This document shows, piece by piece, positions 1 through 7,391 of a stretch of 10,978 bases of DNA. The DNA lies in the NCBI GenBank assembly GCA_051439505.1, contig JBFRWI010000098.1, positions 1 through 10,978 of the forward strand. Direction: 5' to 3'. Every line of letters begins with the position of its first letter. Positions within the stretch are counted from its first letter, which is position 1. The stretch is from Hormoscilla sp. (lineage in GTDB: Bacteria; Cyanobacteriota; Cyanobacteriia; Cyanobacteriales; Desertifilaceae). The notes beneath the pieces were generated by a model, which was not told the DNA's origin, did no database searches, and worked only from the letters and a program-made list of their open reading frames with translations. The position numbers were made by a program, and so were the translations under genes.

Positions 1-225
1 ATTGCTTTCGATGAAGTTATGCTCAAAGATTATGGTGCGATCGCCCAGCAGGTGGTGCGGAAAGACGAGACTTGGAAAGCATCGGTTGGAGAACCGATTA
101 GGAACGCTAATGGCAAGAAGTTCTATGAGCTATTTGATGAAGGACAAAGGGATTATATCCTCAAGGCTTTGTCTGCGATCGACTTGGAGGAACTGTCAGC
201 TGAGAGTCGGGTGGCAGGAGGTTAA
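1..225 (+). CDS. 3' end of a gene entering from the left edge; possibly a sulfotransferase-family protein
   Basis: Frame 1 is open from base 1 (IAFDEVMLKDYG...ETWKASVGEPIRNANGKKFYELFDEGQRDYIL...) to TAA at 223-225. The F-D-E-x-M-L / W-K / K-F pattern resembles my recollection of cyanobacterial sulfotransferase C-termini, and the glycosyltransferase context fits. Product is tentative. Confidence 0.45.
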   Translation: MAFDEVMLKDYGAIAQQVVRKDETWKASVGEPIRNANGKKFYELFDEGQRDYILKALSAIDLEELSAESRVAGG

Positions 226-1253
226 GACTCTGTAACTTGGAGAGGGGTCTTGCGAAATGTTTTGGGCCAGTGAAACACGATCTTCTGGTTTCCCAACTCT
301 CGAATCAACTTTCGCACAACTCGACGCAGGGGCGACGGGACGCTGTCGATGATTTTGAGATACCATAGTCCTTTGGAGTACATCTGTCGGTCGAGTAAAT
401 CTCTCTCATAACACAACCTCCAAAATCTGAAAGCTTCCTCTTTCTTGCTAGAGTCAAGGCAGGTATCTGCTAACCAAAAGTACAGCTTTATTAGCAGGAC
501 TCGTCGATTTGAGGTTAACAATGAGGCATCCTCAAGCCTCTGCTGTGCTAAAAAAAGCACGCGCTCGCGGGATAATAAAAAGTCTCCTGCTTTGGATTTT
601 GATCCAATGGTGTCTGAATGAGGCATGCGCCAGAAACAATCGGGGGGTTCAAATCGCTGATATTTGAGATTGAGAATTAACCCTCGCAGATGTTGATCCC
701 AATCTTGTCCCGTCAGCAGGGTTTCATCCCATGCTCCCAGTCGCTCAATGGCACGGCGACGCCAAATGGGGCTAGTGGTTTGCCAGGGAAGGTCTTGTGC
801 CAGAAAGCGATCGATATCATCTTCTCCCGTGTCAGCATTCCACAGTAAGTTGGTATCTCCGGGTTGGTGGCGAAACAGGATACATGGAAAAACTCCGAAA
901 TCTAGTTCCCGATGCTGCTCCATTTCCCGAAATCTATTTTCCAAAGCGTGGGGTGCAAGGCAGTCATCAGAATCGAGGAAAATGATATATTCTCCTTGAG
1001 AGGCTGCGATGCCTTGGTTCCGACAAGCCGGCGCACCGGCGTTGGGACGAGTACGCTTGATGTACTTGATGCGCGGATCTTGGTGGCTAATCTCAAGTAC
1101 CTGCTCATAAGTGCCGTCATTGGATCCATCATCAACCACTAAGGCTTCCCAGTTGCCAAAGGTCTGATGCTGAACAGAAGCCAGGGTTTCCACCAGTAGC
1201 TGTCTGCGGTTTAGGGTAGGGATAATAATGGATATGGCTGGGGAGTTCATCAC
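222..1253 (-). CDS. Glycosyltransferase family 2 (GT-A fold)
   Basis: 343 aa with canonical GT2 motifs: ISIIIPTLNR, LVVDDGSND, GAPACRNQG, IFLDSDD (DxD) and GQDWD. SD-like AGAGGA lies 6 nt before GTG 1253 (alternative ATG 1250). Confidence 0.95.
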   Translation of the reverse strand: MMNSPAISIIIPTLNRRQLLVETLASVQHQTFGNWEALVVDDGSNDGTYEQVLEISHQDPRIKYIKRTRPNAGAPACRNQGIAASQGEYIIFLDSDDCLAPHALENRFREMEQHRELDFGVFPCILFRHQPGDTNLLWNADTGEDDIDRFLAQDLPWQTTSPIWRRRAIERLGAWDETLLTGQDWDQHLRGLILNLKYQRFEPPDCFWRMPHSDTIGSKSKAGDFLLSRERVLFLAQQRLEDASLLTSNRRVLLIKLYFWLADTCLDSSKKEEAFRFWRLCYERDLLDRQMYSKGLWYLKIIDSVPSPLRRVVRKLIRELGNQKIVFHWPKTFRKTPLQVTES

Positions 1254-1383
1254 GGTTTATCCTCTAATTGGGCTCAGGCTAGAAAAGGCGGCAGATGTTT
1301 TAGGCTTTGGAGATGATTTGTTGCTAATATTATAGTATATTGTGCGATTCCTTGGCTCGAAACTTCAGAGGATAACCGGTGAT
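1249..1383. repeat. Imperfect 17-bp inverted repeat (arms 1249-1265 and 1367-1383, 15/17 match, 101-bp spacer)
   Basis: The reverse complement of 1249-1265 is AGAGGATAAACCGTGAT; 1367-1383 reads AGAGGATAACCGGTGAT. Confidence 0.75.
1326..1341. promoter_or_regulatory. Candidate overlapping divergent -10 boxes for GT2 and GT4
   Basis: Minus-strand TATAAT (1329-1334) overlaps plus-strand TATAGT (1331-1336) inside the AT-rich dyad AATAT-N6-ATATT. Confidence 0.4.
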
Positions 1384-1527
1384 AGAGGAGGAGCCGCAAA
1401 GAAAGCATGTCTGAAATGGCATTCCAGGATTTGATCTTTAGGAAATGTTTTTAGGCATGCGATAAGGGTTTCAGCCGTGAGCAACCCATAATTTTTACAC
1501 AAACGCTCGCTCGTAGCTAGATCGGAA

Positions 1528-2796
1528 ATGCAAATGCTAAAGAATTTGATCCTAAGTAATACTGATCGTGGCGGTGCAGGTCGTGCTGCTTATCGATTAC
1601 ATCAAGGTTTACTCGAAATTGGGGTAGATTCCCAAATGCTGGTGCAATCCAGTTATAGTGATGATGTCAGGGTTTTGTCTCGGCAGAAGCCCTTAGGGAA
1701 AATGGCAGCAAAATTGAAACTAGGAGAACGACTGGATGATTTGCCATTAAAGTTGTATCCCAAGCAGGATCGGAATTTTTCTCCGCAATGGGTGCCAGAC
1801 GCGATCGCATCGAGAGTGAGAAGGCTGAATCCCGATATCATTAATCTCCACTGGATATGTCACGGATTTGTCCAAATAGAAACCCTCGCCAAGTTGACAA
1901 AACCTTTGGTCTGGACAATGCATGATATGTGGCCTTTTACAGGGGGGTGTAACTATGACCAAGAATGCGAGCGCTATAGGAACTCCTGCGGACAGTGTCC
2001 CCAGTTGAACAGTAGCAAAGATTGGGATCTATCCCGCTGGGTTTGGCAGCGCAAGGCGAAAGCTTGGAAAAATATTAATCTAACAATTGTAACTCCTAGT
2101 TCGTGGCTGGCTAAATGTGCTAGTTCCAGCTCGCTTTTCGGGGGTAGGCCCATCGAAGTGATTCCCAATGGTCTGGATACTAGACTGTACAAACCTATAG
2201 AGCGAGGGATAGGGCGATCGCGACTCAATTTGCCTCATGACAAACAATTAATCCTGTTTGGGGCGATGAACGCAACGAGCGATCGCCGCAAAGGATTTCA
2301 CCTGCTGGAACCCGCACTGCAAAAATTAAGCGAGTTGGGGTGGAAAGAGAAAATAGAGCTAGTGATTTTTGGGGCATCTCGCCCTAGGGAAGAAGCTTCT
2401 TTAGGGTTTAAGTCTCACTATCTGGGAAGACTCAATGATGATGTCTCCCTAGCTCTCGTGTATGCAGCAGCCGATGTATTTGTTGCACCGTCGGTACAGG
2501 AGAACTTACCCAATACAGTAATGGAAGCGATCGCCTGTGGCACCCCCTGTGTTGCTTTCAACATTGGCGGGATGCCAGATCTAATAGAACATCAACAGAA
2601 CGGTTATCTCGCTCAACCCTATGAAAGCGCAGATTTAGCTAAAGGCATTGCTTGGGTGCTAGAAAATAGAGAGCGACTTCATTTGCTGGGCGATCGCGCT
2701 CGTCAGAAAGCAGAACAAGAATTTCCCCTGAAAATTCAAGCCGAGCGCTATAAATCTCTGTTTAGGGAAATTATCAGTGACTACCAGAGAGAATAG
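1528..2796 (+). CDS. Glycosyltransferase family 4 (GT-B fold, WcaC-like)
   Basis: 422 aa with GGAGRAAYRLH, DIINLHW, VWTMHDMWPFTGGC, a Cys-rich C-x3-C-x2-CP segment, RKG, and ADVFVAPSVQENLPNTVMEAIACGTP (E-x7-E motif). Confidence 0.95.
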   Translation: MQMLKNLILSNTDRGGAGRAAYRLHQGLLEIGVDSQMLVQSSYSDDVRVLSRQKPLGKMAAKLKLGERLDDLPLKLYPKQDRNFSPQWVPDAIASRVRRLNPDIINLHWICHGFVQIETLAKLTKPLVWTMHDMWPFTGGCNYDQECERYRNSCGQCPQLNSSKDWDLSRWVWQRKAKAWKNINLTIVTPSSWLAKCASSSSLFGGRPIEVIPNGLDTRLYKPIERGIGRSRLNLPHDKQLILFGAMNATSDRRKGFHLLEPALQKLSELGWKEKIELVIFGASRPREEASLGFKSHYLGRLNDDVSLALVYAAADVFVAPSVQENLPNTVMEAIACGTPCVAFNIGGMPDLIEHQQNGYLAQPYESADLAKGIAWVLENRERLHLLGDRARQKAEQEFPLKIQAERYKSLFREIISDYQRE

Positions 2797-5700
2797 CGAT
2801 AGGGGTCGTCCCCCAACTCGAAATCAGTCCGGTAATCTGGGTGATAAAAGTCATTCTCAATTGGAACAGATAAATGAGTCCGTTTTGGTGCTTGCTGGAG
2901 TTGCTGGAAGATTTGGCGATCGGCCTGGAAACTCGCGCCTAAATTAGCTAAGATTTGGGAGATCGCCCTGGTATGCCGCCAGCGAGTATAGCGGAAGTAG
3001 GTGAGAGTATCGGCATTCAAACTATCGGGGTCGAGTTGACAAAAAATTGCCACCCCATCCCCCAGTTGCACGCGACTCAAAAGACCATCTGCTGCTATCT
3101 CGCCGCCAGATTGAATTAACCAAGCATCGTAGTCCGCACGCGATCGTACATCCGAGGCACTCAGTCCGCGAGTCTCGATCCAGTCAGGGACAGTCAGGGA
3201 ACCGGTGAAATTGTTAACTTTACCTGCACTCACCCCCAAAATCTTACCCGATGTATCCCTGCGGGGCAAGAAAAACAGCCTCCCACCAGCACTTAAATAC
3301 CCTCGCAACTGCTCATCGGAGATCTTGGCATCTGCTCCCACAATAATCAAATCAGCATCAGCCCTCAAGGAACTTGCCCTCTGATAAATTAAACCCAGGC
3401 CATCCAACTGACGCGCATCTGCATCGCTACCGATCAGAATTACCTGCTGGGCCTTTGCAGAAATGGGCGCAGTCTCAGCATAGGCGATCGCCTGTCGCAG
3501 CAACTGCTTCGCCGCCGGTTCCTGTAGCACGCGGTCTTCAAAATCCAACGTGGTCAAAATCAAGCGTCCCTGGCCATAGTCTAACTCCATCAGCGGTGTA
3601 TAGGCTAGATCGAACTCGGACTCCAGAATCGGTCGCCAAGAACTGCGGTGGGGTTTTTCGATCGGGGCGCTGCTGACGGTACCGCGATTTCCCCAATGCC
3701 AACCGTACCAGGGTAAACTACGGGGCGGACTCAGCTTCATACCGGTGAATATCATATTGGGATAAGCCTCAACTAGGGTAGTTTCACCCCTCCAGTTCCG
3801 CAAATCCTGTTCGTCCAATCCCTTCACCACCGGATGGTTTCCCTGTATAGGAAAAACACGGCGACTTAGATGGGGAGCGACGCGCAAACCCAGGCTACCG
3901 TGAATCCATTCGGGATCCTGAGGGAAGATTATCACCCTGCCACCCTTGCGAACAAAAGTTTCCAAATTCCCCAGCAGCTTTTGTTCGGGAGATGACCGGT
4001 TCCACCAGTCCACTTGGCGTGACGATAACGCCTCGCGACCAATAACCACCAGATTCTCAGTGGGAGAGCCATCCCAAGGAACAACATTGTAACCCAACTC
4101 CTCCAGCATCCGCGTTGTCTTGCCCACCGGATCGAATGCCGCAATCGCCGGTCCAAGCGGTTCCCCCCTTCCATAAGGGGTGTTAGGGGGGATCGATTCA
4201 TGGGGGAAAACCCGGAAGGGGAAGCGGTCTTGATGCTGCCGATCGCCGATGGTAGCCTTAAGAATAACTTCGGCGTCAACTTTTCCCGTCACCTCTGGTA
4301 AAACAACCTCCAGGGGAAAAAACTGGGTTGTTGCACTTGAGATTGTGCCCCTCTTCTTACCCGTTGCCACCGGTTGTCCGTCTACCTTCACCTGCCAGTC
4401 AAAAGAAAACTTTTGCTTTTTCCTGGTATCGTTAATCAGCACAGCCTGCTTTGCCAGTTTCTCTCCAGAACCAAAACTATGGTCTTTAGCCACGAAGGAC
4501 TCCGACCCCCCGGCAATCCAAGCCAGCGTGGGGCCATTATTTTGGATAATTGCCTGACCGCCTGGGTGAATAATATAGCCTGGGGGCTGAAAATAATGAC
4601 AAAAATTCTTTTGGATCTGCGGGAGATAAACCCCACGTTGAGCTGTATTTTTTCTCTGAGATAATGCTTCACCTTTACACAAATCAAGATCTATCATCTC
4701 TCTGCCAGTGCTAGCAATCTCCCATCCATGCCCATTAGCCCAGGGAATCATCCCCCCCGTCATGCCAAACGTCCGCCAACTGCGCCAAGTATTCGTGCTG
4801 AACAAATACTGCAACTTTTGGAAGGCGGGGGCAAGATCTAGTTCCGGGTTTCCATGCCAACTTTTGTACTTCTGATCTTGGATAAATAACTCGGTAATTT
4901 TATTGCGGTAAGCCGGAGTTTCTAACTGATAAGCCTCTTTTCCGAAGTAAATTGCGCTATACTCCGTCATCAGCGGCTCGAACGCAGAGCCCTGAAGCAA
5001 ACCATAGCGACCCCGCATCATCGCACCGTGCAGAGGAGTGCCGAATTCTACCACCATATAGGGCATATCCCCCTGTTTAATCCAATGGGAAAGCCACTCC
5101 TCTCTCTCTTGCAGCGGGATCAAATTCAGGTAAGAATTGAGGGCATAGACATCCCCCACTGCGCCACCGTTATGCACCAGTACGGGGCGGGTGGGGTCAT
5201 ACTTTTTAATGGTTGCTACTATGTCAGAGCCAATGGGATATCTATTCTTCCAAATTCGATCCCACCATGAGCCAAACGTTCCTTCTACTTGCTTTTGACC
5301 AATGCGGCGCGGGTTCTGGTCATCACTTTTTGGGGCGAAAAAGTTAGGACTGTTGGCCCACATCAGAATCGACGGATGATTGCGATAGCGACGCAGGTCC
5401 CTTACCATCTTGGGTTCCCAAAGCCTTTTTCCCTCTGCTTTTTTCCATTTGTAAGCATAGCCACTGCGACCTGCATCCAAAGCAGGTGCCATTATGGGGA
5501 AGCCTTTGAGATCTGCCCGTTCGGCAAACAATTCCCGAAAATGCCATCGATCCCGTTCGATATAATTCCAAGGCCATAACTCAGCGATATTAAAGCCAGC
5601 CCAGAAATAGCCATCAATCATATTGTCCATCACGGACGGGATATCCACAACCCAAGCTTGCCACATGTCGCCATGGTAAACTGGTCGCAGGCGAATTTCA

Positions 5701-6746
5701 CTGCCGTTCAAATAAAATTTACGCCCTTCAATCCAGAATTCGCGGAAGCCGAAGGACTGGTCGTATTCATCATCAATACCATTGCCTTTAACTTGCAGTC
5801 GTAGGGTGTAAAGATTGGGTTTACCGACATCCCACAGTCTGGGGTTAGCCCAGTCCCAAGCCACCTGCAGGGTTTGAGTAGGTAATGGTTCTATTCTGCT
5901 GGTGGTGGTAAATTTCTGCTCGACTTCGCCTTTTTCGTCGAACATTGTGGCAATCAGATCGACAGTACCAGCTTTGGTAACATCGGTAAGTTCAACATCC
6001 AGCTTAAGAAGCTTTTTCCGGGTTGAGGGTTGAACAAATAGGTCGCTGATGTATGCTTGATTGGGGAGACTCAGCAATCGCACTTCGCCAATGAGTCCGC
6101 GAGATTTTAGCTTAGCTTCCGTGATATAGGTATTGTTATCAGCGAGAATAATCGGTTTTGAGGGATCCTCGGCGGCGGTGACCAACAGACTCAGGGTTGC
6201 TTGCCTGCCTGGTTGGACGACTTTGGTGATGTCTACCGCACCGTAGGGCCATTTTACCTGACCGCACTGGAGATTGTTAACATACAAGCTAGCATGAGCG
6301 CTGATTCGTTCTAAACTCAGGATAATTCGGCGTCCTTGCCAGTCGGCGGGAATGGTCACTGTGCGTTGATACCAAGCTTTAGCTAACTGTTTGCCGTTGA
6401 ATTCTTTCCAGGCATCTCCCGTGCCACGATTAATCAGTCCTGGTACCCGCTTAGCACCCTCATTCCGCCAGTCACCGGGAACCCGGATCTTCCCCCAACC
6501 TTCAGTGGGAGGTTCCTGTTGTGCTGTAGCCACGGCGGGGATAAACTGCCAAACACCATTGAGATAACTTTGGTCGCGTTTGCTGTTAGGAGGCATGGTG
6601 GTTAGGGGAGGATAGCTGGCGATCGCTTCCGATGGACAAGTTGGCGTGCTACTCTGACCAGATGTGTGACCGATGTGACCGATCCAACCAAAGGCGATCG
6701 CTGCCAATAAACATAGCCCTAGTAATTTTGCTAGCTTCTTGTTCAT
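2781..6746 (-). CDS. Large exported glycoside hydrolase family 2-like protein (sugar-binding, Ig-like, TIM barrel and C-terminal GATase-like domains)
   Basis: ORF of up to 1339 aa. The likely start is ATG 6746 (or 6758/6764), giving the signal peptide MNKKLAKLLGLCLLAAIAFGWIG. GH2 hallmarks: YLNGVWQF, IRVPGDW, AWYQRTVTIP, PRLWDVGKPNLYTL, FGFREFWIEGRKFYLNG, RNHPSILMW, DPTRPV and PYMVVEFG. Two 'xGGRVIIF/GGRLFF' segments suggest class I GATase-like domains. Confidence 0.85.
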   Translation of the reverse strand: MNKKLAKLLGLCLLAAIAFGWIGHIGHTSGQSSTPTCPSEAIASYPPLTTMPPNSKRDQSYLNGVWQFIPAVATAQQEPPTEGWGKIRVPGDWRNEGAKRVPGLINRGTGDAWKEFNGKQLAKAWYQRTVTIPADWQGRRIILSLERISAHASLYVNNLQCGQVKWPYGAVDITKVVQPGRQATLSLLVTAAEDPSKPIILADNNTYITEAKLKSRGLIGEVRLLSLPNQAYISDLFVQPSTRKKLLKLDVELTDVTKAGTVDLIATMFDEKGEVEQKFTTTSRIEPLPTQTLQVAWDWANPRLWDVGKPNLYTLRLQVKGNGIDDEYDQSFGFREFWIEGRKFYLNGSEIRLRPVYHGDMWQAWVVDIPSVMDNMIDGYFWAGFNIAELWPWNYIERDRWHFRELFAERADLKGFPIMAPALDAGRSGYAYKWKKAEGKRLWEPKMVRDLRRYRNHPSILMWANSPNFFAPKSDDQNPRRIGQKQVEGTFGSWWDRIWKNRYPIGSDIVATIKKYDPTRPVLVHNGGAVGDVYALNSYLNLIPLQEREEWLSHWIKQGDMPYMVVEFGTPLHGAMMRGRYGLLQGSAFEPLMTEYSAIYFGKEAYQLETPAYRNKITELFIQDQKYKSWHGNPELDLAPAFQKLQYLFSTNTWRSWRTFGMTGGMIPWANGHGWEIASTGREMIDLDLCKGEALSQRKNTAQRGVYLPQIQKNFCHYFQPPGYIIHPGGQAIIQNNGPTLAWIAGGSESFVAKDHSFGSGEKLAKQAVLINDTRKKQKFSFDWQVKVDGQPVATGKKRGTISSATTQFFPLEVVLPEVTGKVDAEVILKATIGDRQHQDRFPFRVFPHESIPPNTPYGRGEPLGPAIAAFDPVGKTTRMLEELGYNVVPWDGSPTENLVVIGREALSSRQVDWWNRSSPEQKLLGNLETFVRKGGRVIIFPQDPEWIHGSLGLRVAPHLSRRVFPIQGNHPVVKGLDEQDLRNWRGETTLVEAYPNMIFTGMKLSPPRSLPWYGWHWGNRGTVSSAPIEKPHRSSWRPILESEFDLAYTPLMELDYGQGRLILTTLDFEDRVLQEPAAKQLLRQAIAYAETAPISAKAQQVILIGSDADARQLDGLGLIYQRASSLRADADLIIVGADAKISDEQLRGYLSAGGRLFFLPRRDTSGKILGVSAGKVNNFTGSLTVPDWIETRGLSASDVRSRADYDAWLIQSGGEIAADGLLSRVQLGDGVAIFCQLDPDSLNADTLTYFRYTRWRHTRAISQILANLGASFQADRQIFQQLQQAPKRTHLSVPIENDFYHPDYRTDFELGDDPYRYSLW

Positions 6747-6821
6747 AATTATTTTCATATTCATCTGGCTTATTAAGTAAATTATCGGCAGCGATCGCAT
6801 CGCTTTTATGCTAGCATTCTA

Positions 6822-6827
6822 ATTATA
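6822..6827 (-). promoter_or_regulatory. Candidate -10 box for the GH2-like gene
   Basis: ATTATA on the plus strand is TATAAT on the minus strand, about 75 nt upstream of ATG 6746. No good -35 is visible. Confidence 0.35.
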
Positions 6828-7058
6828 TCTAACGATACTTATCACAACCTTTGCTCTTATTTTTATCCTCAATATATCAAAGATTATCCCCGGTTAGAGC
6901 GAGGCTATGCTAGAAAATATCACCCTTCGAGAAGTTCCCAATTTTTCAGTCTTTCCTGAAATCATATCCGACAGACCGAATTTAAGGAATGAAGAAGCTA
7001 TGGGGAAAATGACCGGGTATGGTTGCATCCTCTTGGAGAAAAAAGTTAGGGAACATAA

Positions 7059-7090
7059 GTATAAATAGGTACAAAAGTAGTGAAAGTTAC
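7059..7090. promoter_or_regulatory. Two adjacent NtcA-type boxes (GTA-N8-TAC)
   Basis: GTA-TAAATAGG-TAC at 7059-7072 and GTA-GTGAAAGT-TAC at 7077-7090, in the divergent intergenic region. Confidence 0.55.
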
Positions 7091-7143
7091 GGATTTTCGG
7101 GGAGCGAGGGTGTAAAAACCTCTCAAAGAACCGCTCTTAAAGC

Positions 7144-7149
7144 TATAAT
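7144..7149 (+). promoter_or_regulatory. Candidate -10 box for the sensor adenylate cyclase gene
   Basis: Perfect TATAAT; predicted start of transcription near 7155-7156. Confidence 0.5.
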
Positions 7150-7391
7150 AGCAGTAAATTGTGCCAGTGACCAAAGGTGGTTTGACCCTCCGGCAGGGCA
7201 GACCGCCAGATCGGGCACTCAGGGAAGCATCTGTCAATCATCCGATTTTGCAGCCGCAATATCGGTCTGTAGGTAGAGTCAGTCCGTACATGATGCTCCC
7301 AGCACAAGCTATGTCATTTATTCACAGTTCGCAATATCAAGCTGTACAAGCTCTCAGATCTGCGTGCGATCGGGTTTATCCAAAACCGGCA

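Noticed and set aside
2..235. 77-aa frame-2 ORF at the left edge
   Set aside because: Frame 1 gives the more protein-like sequence; frame 2 is Arg/Ser/Cys-rich and overlaps GT2 further.
748..5579. Short ORFs nested in GT2, GT4 and GH2
   Set aside because: They are shadow ORFs of well-supported genes with no independent evidence.
3492..6618. No perfect HIP1 site across 3.1 kb of the GH2 gene, as a possible sign of horizontal transfer
   Set aside because: A similar gap (8424-10949) occurs in the typically cyanobacterial cyclase gene, so it is not discriminating.
6662..6683. Short direct repeat TGTGACCGA(TG) x2
   Set aside because: A 9-bp micro-duplication encoding GHIGH at the end of the signal region. 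It is not a CRP dyad and not CRISPR-like.
6747..6800. N-terminal extension of the GH2 ORF from ATG 6800
   Set aside because: That ATG abuts a HIP1 site and lies only ~15 nt from the predicted TSS. The signal peptide fits a start at 6746-6764 better.
7019..7276. 85-aa plus-strand and 63-aa minus-strand ORFs in the intergenic region
   Set aside because: No recognisable motifs, and they overlap the promoter elements. Probably spurious.
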